64,000 nt of DNA from Raillietiella orientalis (lineage: Eukaryota). The stretch is taken from contig JAYWIR010000009.1 of assembly GCA_036172245.1 (NCBI GenBank), forward strand, positions 1,922,001-1,986,000, written 5' to 3'. This document shows, in pieces, positions 39,111 to 52,610 of this stretch. Made by a program: the position numbers and the translations under genes. Within the stretch, counting starts at the first letter, position 1. Each line of letters opens with the position of its first letter. The notes under the pieces are model-generated. The model searched no databases. It was not told the origin of the DNA and saw only the letters and a list, made by a program, of their open reading frames with translations.

Positions 39111-40353
39111 ACACGGCCTCCGACGCGGGCCGTCTCTCTTTTGGGGCAGAAATTCTGGATAGGGACATACATTAAAACTGCAGACTTTTCTTTTTTCTTC
39201 TCTGCCTTTCTCTCTCGTCACACGCACTGCACCGCGCAGCGAGGTGTTTAATAGGAATTTCGAAGAAAACATCCTTATTTTTCTTTTCTTGCCGGCAGGA
39301 GGTGCAACTGGACCACCAGTGAAGACAAAAAGCCGATGATTATATTACTATCCGAAAGCCGAAATTCGGGACGCTGCTCCTGTCGTTTGAGACGATCGGG
39401 AATCGTCTCGGTATGGATCAAGGAACTGACTGCATACTCCCTCCGGAAACCTTGGAAACACCGGAATCACATACTGGGCTCGAGTACCAGTTTCCAAGAA
39501 GAAACCCTATTTTAGCCGAAACTTTCCTGCACAAATAGAATTTACTAATTATGCTAGGATGTGGAAAATGTTTGAAGGACTTTTTCAGAATTGCGGTACC
39601 AATAAACACGCAGAAGTGACAATTCTAATTACTCCGATTTTTGTGGAAGCAACTTTGTTTACTGCAGACAGCATACCCTACTGAAAGTTTGAAACGTATA
39701 TAAAAATAAGAATAGCGTCGCAAGATAAATCACATTCAGTAGGCTGATGGCTGGAGGCCTAGAAAGTGTGTTGTACATACAAGATGATAGCTTATAGCAC
39801 ACAACTTTGGGCCAAATATGCCAGTATCAACAGTTTTCAGTCAGAACTGAAAATTCTACTGCGCCAAGAAAACATCTACATGGGCTGTATGTGCTAGGAT
39901 GTGGTTACATTTGTATCAATGCAAACACATGATGCACATTTTTTGCATACCTTTATTTTCCATTCATCTTATGAATCGAAAGTTCTGAAATCTTTGGATG
40001 AATTGCACACCAGAGAAAGGAAAGACCAGAATTCGGACATGATAAGGCGAATTACTTTTTTTTTTTTCTTCTTCTTCTTTACTATCACTATTACAGATTA
40101 AGTAATATCAACATTTGCACTTTTGTAATTCATTGAATCTAATCCTGAAAACATAAGAGATACTTCAATGAGAAATGGAAGAATAGATTTTGCAAGCAAC
40201 TGTTACCACATGAAATCTCACTAATTTAAACTTTGAAAATATAATTTCAAAAGTTCATAAAGAACATATACAATGAAACTGCTTCTCTAGATGCACCACA
40301 GTACATAGCAAAAGTATGCTGAAAAGGGGGGGCAATGACAAGGCACTTTTGTC

Positions 40354-41483
40354 TCACAAGCTTCTGGGTTTTCGTGGATGGATTGATTTGTGCAACAACA
40401 CATTTGACACAGCCACTACGGGCAAAAACAGTCGCATTTGAAAGCCAGAGAAACACATTGGGCAAACAGCACTGTTACCACTGATAATGAGTAGAGGAAA
40501 GAGTGTGGCAAAAATACAGCCACTGAGTATATATGATGAAGAAAAGTATGTAAGCAGGGCTAAAGGCAATCCAAATCCAACGAAGTATGGCCAATGATGC
40601 TCAATATATGCTAAGCGCTGATGAAGCTCCCAGCCCATATTGAGCCAGCGATATTCAAAAGCATATAAGGCATACAGCAGACTGAAATGAAGTATTCCAA
40701 GAACTTGGGAAATGTGAGGAATTGGCAGCATACTGACTATCCATGTCTACACAGTCTCTATGCCAAGTCTCTTTAGATCAAATGTTCTACCTGCACCAAA
40801 AATAAGGCCTGAATGAGGATACTGAAGCACATGTCAGCAAGGGCTTTGCTGAAACTTAGATGAGGCTTAGGCTTTCCTCGTTTGTATTGAAATACAGAAT
40901 TGGCAATATCCTGAAAATATCAACAAATAGTGTACTGCCTGTAAATTAAATTAATTTTTCCGTTACCTGAAACCAAAAGATATTCAAAATTCTACTTAGT
41001 AAAAATAAAGGCAAAACCCACAGAGCCTTGAAAATTGTACTCAGAATGAGTGACAACCATTTCCACATCAGCTGTGCAACGGGAGAGGATTGACTAAAGC
41101 CCAATAATAAGATTTGTTCCAGAATAGGAAGTAGAACACCCTCAAACAAAATAATGCTGAGGGCACAAACACCTCCATTCAATATGCAGCACTGCAATAT
41201 TCTTTGGGCAACATGGGAACAGCTAATCGGAAAACAACTACATTAGAAAAACGGTAAATAACATGCGTGTTCATATTTTTGATTGATTATCACCGGATCT
41301 CGCCCAAACTGCTTTTTTGACTCACTTTTTCTGTTTCAGTTTCTCACAATCCTCGTTATACTTCCCATCTGCCACAATGTTCTCTGATTTCGAGCCGAAT
41401 TGCTGACCAATTAATAAATTAAAAAGCTCAAAAGCTCCAGAGATACTATCCTTTATTCCATATATTATATTTAATAATATATC
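40354..41483 (-). CDS. EI24: Etoposide-induced protein 2.4 homolog (EI24, autophagy membrane protein); exons 41483-41326, 41222-40967, 40910-40791, 40746-40354; short ATG exon not found
   Basis: YGIKDSISG...RILQCCILNGG...ALWVLPLFLLSRILNIFWFQ|DIANSVF...ADMCFSILIQALFLVQ|...LHFSLLYALYAFEYRW...ELHQRLAYIEHHWPYFVGFGLPLA...LFPLLIISGN. GT-AG introns of 103, 56 and 44 nt with consistent phases. Confidence 0.93.
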
Positions 41484-42135
41484 CTGAAATCACAAGTGTT
41501 GTAAGAACTTTATTGATAATGAGGGATTGCTTAGTTAAATTTTCAACTCTTTATTTTGCACAATCGAGTATGGAAATGTCTGAATTTATGTCTGCATGCT
41601 TCCAATATCACACGACAACCAACGAAACACAAAAAAACACTCTTTTCACACAACACAGTCAGCAGCAGCCATGTGCACGATTCTCGATTCGAATCCTCCA
41701 GCGTACGGCACGATTACACACACATTTTTTTTTTTTTTTTTTTTTTTTGCGTATGTGAGATCACTTGCAGCATCGCATGCTGAACCGGTTTATCTCACCT
41801 TCCTGTGTGACTCGCTACTTACAGAAAATGTACACTTCTAAGCCTTCCACAGGAATTCATAGCCGAATGCATAAACATTTGCTAAAGTGTGCATGGTGGA
41901 AACTTGGAATCCATGCCTACTTGAAGATGATACCGGAAGAGTACATCATGGGGCTGACACGGAGAGTCACAATAAACGTAGGCACGAGGAAGAAAAATTT
42001 CGACACTCCAATTTTTGTAGACATCTAAGGCTGAACAAGGACCAGATTTGATTAATGAGGATTGCAGCTGAATTCTTCAAGCATCATAAATTTACGAATG
42101 GTACGCAGTTTATGGAAAAGGATGGATGCAACACC

Positions 42136-42168
<33 letters not shown>

Positions 42169-45100
42169 AACGCGCCCCTCCGTATAGTAATATGCTCTTT
42201 TGCAATAGAATAAGAACTCCATAAACTGGACAGTTCACATAGTACTATTGTACGCGAAGTCATTACCTGCCGCTGATTATTGATTCCTATGTCGTTTCAA
42301 TAATCATCCTCATAGCATGCATCTTACAAGACGAATTTTCTAATGAAAACTTTTCCGATTTTGTTATGCTGCAAAACCAAACAAATACTTTGAATTTTTC
42401 ATTTGTTTTCCGGGCAATTTTTGCGATTACTCTTATCTCGCTCGATGGGATTTTTGCTGATATTTATTGAACGAAACTTTCCGGAAGGCATCGCCCACGC
42501 AAGGTGGACAGGGTGTCTCACTCGCAAATAAGAAATGGGAATTCTTTGAGCTGAGAGTTCTTTAAAGCAAGTGAACATGGATGATTAGTTTCCTTCTACC
42601 AGAAGTACACTTTCACCTTGTTTCGATGAAGATATTAGGCAAAGCCTCTCAAAGTAATGAAGAGGAGGAGGATCGATGGACAGTGGTGGTGATGGTCGGT
42701 TGTCAACAGCAACGCAGGATTTCCGATTTTAAGTTTACTTTTCAAACGAAGGAACAATAATTGCAATCACGAAATATCTAAATTTCTCGAGATACATTCC
42801 CGTATTCAAATGCTTCCTTCGAAGTAACACTTCCATTTGCTTCATGTTGTCTTTTCCGTTTTCATTACAACATACTTACTTCATCTCTTATATCTTCCTC
42901 GAAAAAAAAAAAAAAAAATGTGCACTGACTTCTTAATATTTGAAAATAATGAAGTTTTCATGCTTTGAATTAAAGAATCAACTCTCTGTCAATCGAACAA
43001 TTTTCTAAAGATAATAATCTCAGTTTGAAAATTTTTTGTATTGCGTTTTAATTACTGCCTTTCGGGTTGCATATACAGTTTCAGCCTCATTAGCTCTCTA
43101 CTGATGTATAGCAGCAGACTTGCCATAATTAGACATTGATCGCATGTGTCCCTAAGTTCTTCATCCTACTAAATCCTGAAAACAAGTAGCTGCCTCCAAA
43201 GTACAAACTGACTTGCTGTGCATAACGCTGATGTTCAACCGTTAGATGAAATGAATTCAGATTTCAAGGAGTTGGTAGGATGCGATGGATTTCTAACGGA
43301 ACGTGTAAAATACCGTGTGGAATGATGACTGAGTTAAAACATGAGCCACTTGGCAATTACATTTTCAGGGTAGACGTAGAATGCATTTAACTTTGAAAAT
43401 ATTTTACCATCATCCCACTAAAATTATTATCCCCCAAAGATAGAAATGTATTTTTTTATGATTCAAAAGGATTAAATGAATTTTTGAAGGCGGTCGTGAA
43501 TTCCGAGTGTAAACTGCAATCACTTTACCGTTAAAGGTATTTTTGTAAAAGTTATAGAGCAACTAAACGTGAAAAGAGAGTTGTGTTTACTAAATGAGGT
43601 GATCCCTCCTCATACAGTAGTTCGAAACTACTTTTGTACTTTTGTAGTCCCTCTGAGAGGCAGAGAAACATCCAAGTTTTCATAACAGGAAACGTATCAA
43701 CTTGTAGTATTTTGTAGAGGAATTGGAAGTATGTTTAAATGGTAAAAGAATCGCAAGTTTACTGAGACCACACCGAAACTTCGAGCGTACCAACCGTTCG
43801 GCCAAAGGGGACCTTCCAGTTTCAGACCTTCGAAAGAGAAGAATCAAAGGAATCAGTAAACCATTCCAGATCTGGAAATCAAAGCTGATTCAATTCCTTA
43901 GAGACAGAGCAGGCAGTGAGACTTGATCGAGTATGGAAAATCGGAAAGAAAGAACGGAAAAGGCGGAGATTCCGTGGGAGGGCTCATGAGAGTCATTTTG
44001 CAACACAACTGGCAATTCATATGCTTCATGGAGGTAAAAAGAAAAAAAAAGACTAAAAATGAGAAATATTACCACCATCGATTCCAAAATCATGGAACAT
44101 AAATGGAAAAATAATAGAATATCGTCTAAATAAGAGGAAATCATTTGCTTCGGATGGTAAAAGTGAGAGCAGACAATGGAAAAGAATGGTTTTGAGAGAT
44201 TACTTTGATTTACGTTGTTCCAAAAGTGGGTTATACGCACAGATGGTTTGCACACTGATAATGACTGATGGATGAGACAAACAACTAATCTCAGCATTCG
44301 CAGACTTCAAATGAAGTGCACTGTGATTACTGACAGCAGCCCACCTATTAGCAAGAAGCTACTTCAACTACTTTCTATGTCTCCAGTACATAGGAATCGA
44401 TCAATTCCAATTCTACTTAAAATCAAAGGAATTCTGAAGTAAACAGCCATTTCGAACGTACGCAAATGGCATTTCTTTGAGTATCTGCAAACCTTCTTCA
44501 GTATAATGACCGGCTTCAAAAAACGAGGTAGCTTTTTGGGTGATGAGCAATACATTGTAACAGCTAAATAGAAAACACCTTGATCCACAGAGTCCTTCAG
44601 TATTACATATACATATATATATATTCCGAAGTATCGCGCAAGACTTATTTAATAATCCTAATGCAATTTCGGAGAAACAAAGAGTTCATGGCGTGATTAT
44701 CGAAAATTCCAAGCACGCAGAGGAAAAGGCTTCTCTTTTCACTGGGATGGACTGCTGCAATTTCTTGTTTTACTTGAAAGGTCTGCTTCGCTCGCACTCA
44801 AAACGTGTATCACGAGTTGCCCAGCTTGGAAGCTAGAAAGTTTAGAGGGAGAGACAGCAGCAGGGATGACGGTGAGAATTTTTTTTTTTTTTTTTTCCCC
44901 CTAGTAGTAGGAGAAACGGGTTTGTCCCCGTACTGGGACGAACAATCTTCCTAACTTAACTTTCTGGAATCGCAATTATGGGCATTTCGGACGAGACCTG
45001 CAAACTTGGGCTCAGATAGGCGGCGGCGTTATTTGTCCGATTTTAATGATTTCGTAGGAGAAAACAAGCTGATGTCAAGATGGAGTAGATTAGACATCCT

Positions 45101-45299
45101 AGACATCGTCAGAGCAATCTGGAATGCATCTTGAACCACTGCTGTCCTTGCATTGAGGTTCTCAGCCTGCCCTCAAAGTAAGCGTGCTTTTAGTCAGGAG
45201 TGACAGTGCAGGAAAAAAAAAAAAAACAGCGCGCGCACTCTTCTATTCGAAGTTGAAGTACTCTTACATAGCTGCCTTGATGGAAGACCAGCAAAAAGA

Positions 45300-46080
45300 C
45301 GACTGGGAACGAAAGGGAGTTAGTTGTTCTCCAGGAACTTCATTCACAGCTTTCGTCTTTGCAGCGATTTCCTTACACAGCAGCATCTATTTCGACACGG
45401 AAATACAGCTAGGTTTCCGCAGATCAAATCAGCAAGACAAACTTCATCTTTGGGAACCGGAGATGGACGCATTAGCTGATCTTGAGATCGGGTTCATTCA
45501 TCCCTGGCCAACAAGATTGAAAAAGTAATTCGCAGCGGATTCAGAATAAAGTTAACGTTCTTCTAAAATGTAACTGATGCTTTGATTACGTGGGTATTCA
45601 TCAAAAGGCTTCGGGAGAAACTTGCTGTTCTGCTTTTGAATGGCGTCACCGTCACACCGCATCTCACGTGAGGGCTTCACTTACAAGGGAGATGAGGGAA
45701 AAACATCAAGATTGAAGAATGAGAATCATGGATGTGGGAGACAGAAAACGGTCCAGAAAATCGACAAGCCTTCTCGCTGAATTTGATCTCGAAGCAGAGC
45801 GTTGCCCGGGCAAACCGTTTCCCGCACAAGACCAAGGCGCTCTTTACGTCGTGGATCTCGCAGGTGGTCCGAACAAGATCGTCAGCAGCACCAGACTTTT
45901 CAAAACTTCCAAGAAGCGCCATTTAGGTTGGCGATGGCCTCCTTGCACATGATGATGGAATGCAGTTTGAAAAAAGCTTCCATGTGGGAAGTAAAAAGGA
46001 AACCGGCATTTTCATGATCTGTCGATTGAATCACAGCTGAAAGTACTGGGGAGGCTGGTCTTGGAGACCAAGTGTGAAAG
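45300..46080 (+). mobile_element. Decayed L1/Tx1-like RT and thumb fragment
   Basis: GVSCSPGTSFTAFVFAAISL..I...EI.G (~GVRQGCPLSP.LF.LA.E.L...I...I.G), later MWEVKRK...GEAGLGD (~F.W.GK...GGLGL.D). Weak. Confidence 0.35.
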
Positions 46081-47399
46081 GGCTGCATTCTTCTCGTATT
46101 ACAGTTACCCTTGCTCGCATTCATATTCTTACATTCTTATTCTTATACTGCGACCTTTTCCCTGTACCCTGATTACAAAAGTGAAGATGCTATCGCCACA
46201 TCTTAAACAAAACCCGTCTAGCAAGCGGTGACCCCCTGAATTCTAATTGATTCACTCCGATTTCGGCTGCGTGGTTTCCCTTATTCGCAAGTCTGTGTAC
46301 CAATATTCCCAGATTTATGGTACTTCAAACAAAAGGAAACGATGCAAACTCACGGAAACGCGGTAGAGTTCAGAGCACGATGAGCTGATGAAAATGCTCA
46401 CAGATTGCCTGCAGGCATTTTTCTTATGGGCTCATGATAAGACCATGATCCGAAAACCCTTCGTGAGGCGAGTTTCCGGGACTGCAAAGAAGCGAATTTT
46501 GTTGTGAAAAAAAAACAAAAAAAACGAAACACCTCACTCCTGTAGAAGGAGGAGGGCAAAATTCGACAATTTTAGATTTATATTTATAACTTGACAAATC
46601 AGAAAGGCAAGCGCAGAAGTGGGAATACAGCCACCGGAAGATTTCTGTGAGGAGTGACAATCTGGAGCCACTTGTCTAAACGAGGTATTTCTAAGAAGAA
46701 CAAGGAACAACTTGAGTAATAACGCCTTTTATTTAAAAAGCAGGTTCGCAGAATGAATGTAGATAGAAAAAAAAAAAAAAAAAAGCAGCGACGCAGCAAA
46801 TGCTCACCTCAACACTTTGTGCGTAGGACCTAAAAAAAAAAATACAAAAGTCACATAGAGGACAGTGCCATGGCTTTAATTACAAAGATATTTCGTGCGA
46901 TGCTTTGAGTTTTCACACAACTCTTTCGTGTGAATATTTGTCCTTTCGTTTTCAAAAAAGAGGAGGATGTCTCTGTACCTCAAGCCAACGGCATTGAGTG
47001 GGCATCTAGAACAAACTCTGCTTTTGTTACACTTTTGTAACCCTGGGATAGAGAGCCATTGAATCTCTTGTTTTATGGATCATACCGCACTTGCGAATGA
47101 TTTTTATTTTCTGAGACTCTTCTGGTCGCTTACTGTAAAAATTAAAGCAGCAGAAACCAAAGCCAGCGGCACTTTTAGTAAAAAGCAAAACAGGATAAGC
47201 TGCCGCTTTAAAGAGATAGAAGTATCAAGAAATTGAAAGATCAAAAATAGAAGCATCAGTGCAGGTTTGCTGTGCTCGCAGCCACACAAATCGAAAGGGA
47301 CCATTTCCTACAGACCGAACTCGTCATCCCTCTAATATGAACAGCATCTTCATTGCTTCATGCGATGCAATTGAGGTGCCCGTCCAATCAAATCTACCC

Positions 47400-48095
47400 A
47401 TGTGGGGAGAGCATCCCTCCCCCTAGGTCCGTTTCTCCAGAGTTCGTGGACAGCGGCACCCTCCCCCTGAAGTGGCAGGAGTCGGCATTACTGTTATTGT
47501 GCTGGCGTCCTCCCTGAAACTCCCGACGACACCTCTGGACTTTAGGGAGTGCGAGTCCAGACTGTCGCAGGTGAGGGGACCCCTTCCGCACCCGCTTGTG
47601 GATTGTGCTGTCCTCCGGCCCCTGTGGGAACGCTTTGGAACGACCCTGAGTACCCCCCCTCCAGTTGATGATCCCGGGGACGTTTAATGGCTCCTCTTCC
47701 TGCGAGGTGTCCTACCGCCAGCCTTAGCAGCTCTTTGCTGCATCCGCGGGATTGTGGCTGCCTGCAGCGACGCCGAAGGAGGACCGAACGAGAGGGACGC
47801 CATCGAATATGCACGTCTCTTTCTACGGACAGCACCAAGGTGGCCCCACATGGGTACAATCAGGACTGACCTGGACCAGCAGCCTGGAAAGGATGCAAAG
47901 GACTCTCTCCAGCGGACTGTGATCCCTTCCCAGACCTCCATAGTGTTTTCTACTTATTTTCATTTTTGTTTTCTCCCCTTATTGCTGTCGGAGTGGACCT
48001 AGCTGGCCTGCGTACTGCCAACAAGGCAGGCACTAAGTAGAATTGAACGTGGTAGGGTCACGTGCCCTTCCACACTAGATGTAAGTTTATTGTTT
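47400..48095 (+). mobile_element. 3' end of the L1/Tx1-like LINE family (zf-RVT, 3'UTR)
   Basis: PLKWQESALL, SPDCRR...LPHPLVDCAVLRPLWERF (CxxC...H...C...W zinc finger), CIRGIVAA...DAIEYARLFLRT..RWPH, and the 3' stem-loop at 48049-48073. Confidence 0.7.
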
Positions 48096-48275
48096 TTTAG
48101 TAGATGTTCCGGGCGTGACCGTGTGGAAATCCCTAGAATCGTTCTATCAACCGTCTGTTGCATGCAGTTCTATCAACTGCAACAGATGAAAGCATTCAAA
48201 GGTTGTTACGTGACTCACAGCATCCTAGCAATCAGATTACTAGACGGCGCCCTTGGTCACGAGCCGATAGTGGAA

Positions 48276-50383
48276 ATCCTTTGGGATTCTTTTCTGTCTT
48301 CGCTGTTGTCGCTTTCATCTTTTTCGGAGCTCAGGAACCGTCGCGCCCCTGGCGCCGGCTCACGCTGCTCTTTCACGCTGTTCCACGCCAACCGAGAGTG
48401 CATGTAATTCTTCAAGATGAGGGGATACCCCGGAGGGGACCTCCCTATGAATCCAGGAAGGGCTCCGCGGAGAAGGAATCCGTTCCTCTCACGCCTGGGT
48501 AGGGAGGTATCCCCTAAAGGAACCTCAAGCCTGGAAGGAGACGCTCTTCGGAGAACCCTGAAGGGCATCTCCTTCCTTATCCTATCCGGAGGGGCCTTCA
48601 GAAGGGACCTCTCCATTTTTCTTCTCCGAAGAGAACCCGGAAGGAATCCGCTACTCTCCTAAGAGAACCCTCAAGGGAATCGCTCCTGTTTTTACTCCTC
48701 TGAAGGGAGCCCCGAAGAAGCGCTTCCGAATTTTCCAAGAAGGGCGTTCCCCGAAGAGAGCGGCACGCTTCTTCGCACTCTATGGAGAGGTGGTGACACA
48801 CCTACTCCACCGAGGGTCTCCCCCAGAATGGTGAGCTCAGGTCCTGTGCACAACCGGAGAGGAACTGCGCATTTCCTGAAAGAACTCCGAAGGTTGACTC
48901 CCGTTATCCAGGCCTTCATCGGGAGCATTCGGTTTGAACCGCTACCGGCTCCGCACCCAAATGAATGTAAGCCAACTAGCGTCATCTTGCGGGAGGAACT
49001 CGAACCCACAACGCACCCCCATCTCTCGGCATCGATTCTTGCCGAGTATTCGAGCCCGCGACGCTTGGTGGTGCCACGCGCGGAGACCGCTGCCATATGG
49101 GCTCCCGAGGCGATGACCTGGTGCTCCCCGAGATCGAAAAGTCACTTGGTGAACCACGTGATGCTGCTTGGGATCCTCAGGGGAGTAGGTCGCCTGGACG
49201 GTTTCCAGGAGCGCACTGAAAGAGCCTTTCCTTCAACACTAGAATCGACGAACCGGTGTCATCCAACATGCACAAGTAGCGAGGAGTTGCGCCAGGGGGA
49301 TGCCCCGAGGTGCATGCTCTTCGTGCTCTACGTTGATGCGATGTCGTCCTGCGTGGAGAGGGCACGTCAGCTCAGGGGTCTCACGCCTTAAGGGGAGAAC
49401 GTCATCATCCGCCCGGGAAACGCCGATGACCTGCTCGTCGTTACGGCGGACCCATGGAGCGATCAGGTGTTTCTGATGCCACGGGCGCAGGACTTATATC
49501 CCGGGATCAACGCCAGAAAATCCCGACTACTCACCGCCGGCGACCCGGACGTGGCCATCTCACACTCTCGGCAGTTCAGGATCGCGGACGACGCCCAATG
49601 CCTAGGAGTCCGCGTTGCAGGAATCACAGCATCCTCGCCTTTCTCCAGAGGGGGGGTATCCGAAGAGGGATCCGGAAGGAGACACGTCGGCACCAGGGAG
49701 AGAACCTCTCCGTGACTCGAGAAGACTGACCTCTGGAGCAGGGTGCTCGCATCCTGAAGCTCGACCTTCGGAGCGCTATCGGGGAAGGTGGTCCAGCACC
49801 TGGCCGAAGCTCAGAGGGACCTGGGCTGGAACTGACGAAAGTCTCGCGCGAGGGTGAAGCTCCCGGCCCACTCTAGAAGGCAATCGACCCGGGACCTGCG
49901 GCAGCTCGCCACACGAGTTGGCTGCCGGGACGGGCTGGTGCACGCGTTCCACCGAGCCTGCGCGAGGTGGATCAACGGTCTCGTGTCCTCCCTGTCCAAA
50001 ACTCCGGGGACCAGGACGTTGAACGTTGAACGTTGAACCCCCAACGTTGAACAGGTTGAAACATCCGGCGCACGGTGCGAAACTGCCCAGATCGTGCCCA
50101 GGTGCAGGGAGCTCTAGGCAGAGGAACTGGAAGCAGCCATCCCACTTCTCATGAGCACACCGCGGGTCACGAAGGGATGGCTCCAGAGGCAGACAGCATG
50201 TGAGAATCTTTGCAGTCGATAAGAACAAGTGCGCACTTCCCACTGCAAGAGACATCTGCAAGGAAGCCTACAAGTCCCTCCAGTTATGGCAGGACAAGGA
50301 ATCGCGGGGAGTGCGAGTCAACCACCGAGAGCTAAAAGACCACATCAAGCAGCACGCAACCGCTAAAGAAAAAGTAGGATGCC
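48276..50383 (+). mobile_element. L1/Tx1-like LINE remnant: B segment followed by a degenerate reverse transcriptase
   Basis: One frame gives VNHVMLLGILRGVG (~FD.V.H.FL..L...G), LRQGDAPRCMLFVLYVD (QG at 49293), an in-frame stop, then NADDLLV (YADD equivalent, 49419-49430). A shifted frame gives GINARKS...CLGV. Confidence 0.75.
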
Positions 50384-51300
50384 TACCACCCGGTTGTGCT
50401 GGGGCATTTATTACGTAACGTAATAAAAGTTCATTCGTGTGGTCGAACCGCTGGTTCTGCCACGCGCAATGAACCTGACGAAGAGTGGTACGCAGACCGG
50501 CGAGGTCCGCTTCGGCAGCGTGAGGTTGGGGGTGGGGGAATAAACACACAAGACAGGGGAGGGGAAATTATACACGGGGAAGTGGGAGGGATCGCGGTAC
50601 GCTGCCAGGCGTCCTCTGCGTCCTGTTCAGGATGCTGGCAAGTCCTGTTTGCCAGCATCCTGAACAGGACGCAGAGGACCCGGGTGGGGCCATCTCCAGG
50701 AGGTGCTCAGGAAAATCCTCGCCCGGTGGATGGCGTCTCTTCTTCTTTCCTCGTTCCAAGCCGCCACGATTCCGCGGACGCAGAAGACAACTGCGAGGGA
50801 CGCGGCTGGCGGCAGAGCGGTACCATGCGCGAAGAAGCGTTTCCAAATGTCTCTGGATCCGCCCTCCTTTGTGTTACTAGGACCGTCGCCAGGCAACCTC
50901 AGAGGGGTCGGACGGCAGTCCACAGTCTACCAGCAGGTGAGGGAGGTTCTTCTTCTTCCCTCTTCTGTCTGTTCTCCTCCGTCAGCGTCCACCCTTCCCC
51001 CCCGTGTCCAGTGGCGAAGGTGCACTTTGCACGAGATTCCCCCATGTAACACCAGCAACGCCGACTCCTGCCACGTGAGTGGAGGGCACCACTGTTCCAG
51101 CACACTAGGGGCCACTTTACCTCCTCCGAAGGGATGCCAAGCTGCTCTCCCCAGCGCACAATTCCCTGGGGTGGGACACTCGGGGTCGCAGCATCCGTCA
51201 CTTCCCGAGTTGTCCACGCCCCCCAATACTTTCTTCTCTGCGATGCAGCATGTCACTTCCCATCTTTCCGTGACCACTCTGTTCCTTGCGTTCCTTAGGA
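50384..51300 (-). mobile_element. 3' end of the L1/Tx1-like LINE, copy A2
   Basis: Direct duplicate of 11043-11960 (offset 39,342): about 10 substitutions over the first ~700 bp plus the inverted hairpin loop. Confidence 0.75.
50611..50679. repeat. Perfect 31-bp inverted repeat, loop gtcctgt (flipped relative to 11269-11337)
   Basis: Same arms as the 11269 copy; loop 50642-50648 gtcctgt is the reverse complement of acaggac. Confidence 0.97.
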
Positions 51301-51369
51301 AGGGTAGAACTGGGTTAAGAGGGGGGTACGAGACCCACCGCATCTTCTGTGGGTAAGAAGTAGGGTGAC

Positions 51370-51640
51370 CAAAATCATTTTGGATTCTTCTGTTGCCCTG
51401 TTTTGCTTCCAGCCTTTTTTCATTTTTCGGTTGGTTAAGCACTCGAGAGCCGCTCGCCTGGGGGTTCGTGCAGCTCTTTCACGCTATCCACGCCACTCAG
51501 GGGTGTGTGTTAACTCTCCAAGATATGGGGTATCCCAGGAGGAGAGCACCCTATGAATCCAGGAAGGACCCGGAGGCAGGAGTCCGTTCCCCTTACGCTG
51601 GGGAAGGAACCTCTCCCCTATTCTCTCCCGAGGGACTGAG
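51370..51640 (+). mobile_element. Truncated B segment of the LINE family
   Basis: Homologous to 48276-48500 and 11970-12245 (gctctttcacgct.tccacgcca; ccctatgaatccaggaagg). Confidence 0.65.
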
Positions 51641-52159
51641 GCACTCCTCATTCCTCTCCGCAGAAATGCATCTGTGCAATATTTGCTGCTTTGTGGATTT
51701 TCTTTACTGTCTCAGACATCCCGTCTGTCCCACGCGCCTCTCCATGCTATGGTTAGTTTAGCAGATCCTTTAATAATGTTTCATATTAACAAGCTATTCC
51801 AGTCAAATTGTCTGTCTCAGAGATCTCTGAGCTTATTAACGATAAAAATGTAGTTCTCTATACCGGTGTTGACATGTCATCATCGGTGGTACCAGATATG
51901 ACTGAGATAGGCAAATTAGGAAATTCACCAAGACCAAGGGTGCATTTACCCGCATAAATGCCTTGTACAAGCTCGCATATTGTGCTATAAGGAAAGTGGA
52001 GGAGCAATGGGCGAAGCGGAGCCCCGTGACTTACAGAATCCCTCCGAGGTAATCAGGAGGCAGAATCTGGATCTCTGGAGGCAGTTCGGATCTCCATCGT
52101 ACGGCCACGACGTACGGTTCGAGGTCCGTTGTCCAAAGCTCACCCACGTCGATCACGGG

Positions 52160-52610
52160 CTTCAGGGAAATTCGGAGGCGTCATTTCGGGGTTCTCTTCA
52201 GAGGAGTGAACAGGAGCGGTTCCCTTGCGGTTTCCTCCCAGAGAAGAAATTCCTACTAGTGGATGCTTTCCGGGTTCCCTTCGGAGAAGTTGAAATGGAG
52301 AGGACCCCTCTCCCGGAGGATCCCTCCGGAGAGAATGAGGAAGGAGATTTCCTTCTGGGTTCCCCTTCGCAGACAACCAGGGTGGGAAGTGAGATCCCCC
52401 CTGGAAGGGGGGATCCCTACTCAAGCGTGAGTGGAACGGACTTTGAGCCCTTCCTGGATTCATAGGGCGGACCCCTCCCGGGGTGCCCCCTACCTTGAAG
52501 AATTATGCGCACTCTCTGCGGGTGGCGTGGCACAGTGTTAAAGAGCCACGTAAGCCGCGAGGCACGCGACCGGCTCTTGAGGTACTTAGCGAACCAAAAA
52601 AAAAGAATAT
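52160..52610 (-). mobile_element. Inverted B segment of the LINE family
   Basis: Reverse complement aligns by eye with 48320-48740 (taattcttcaag; ccctatgaatccaggaaggg; ctcctctgaagagaacccc). Confidence 0.7.

Noticed and set aside
41900..41915. ATG exon of EI24 (ATGGATTCCAA|gt on the minus strand)
   Set aside because: The donor would be phase 2, but the next exon requires phase 0.
48320..48420. HDV-like ribozyme at the LINE 5' end (conserved tccacgcca)
   Set aside because: I could not build the P1/P2/P3/P1.1 double pseudoknot by eye; a descriptor search such as RNArobo would be decisive.
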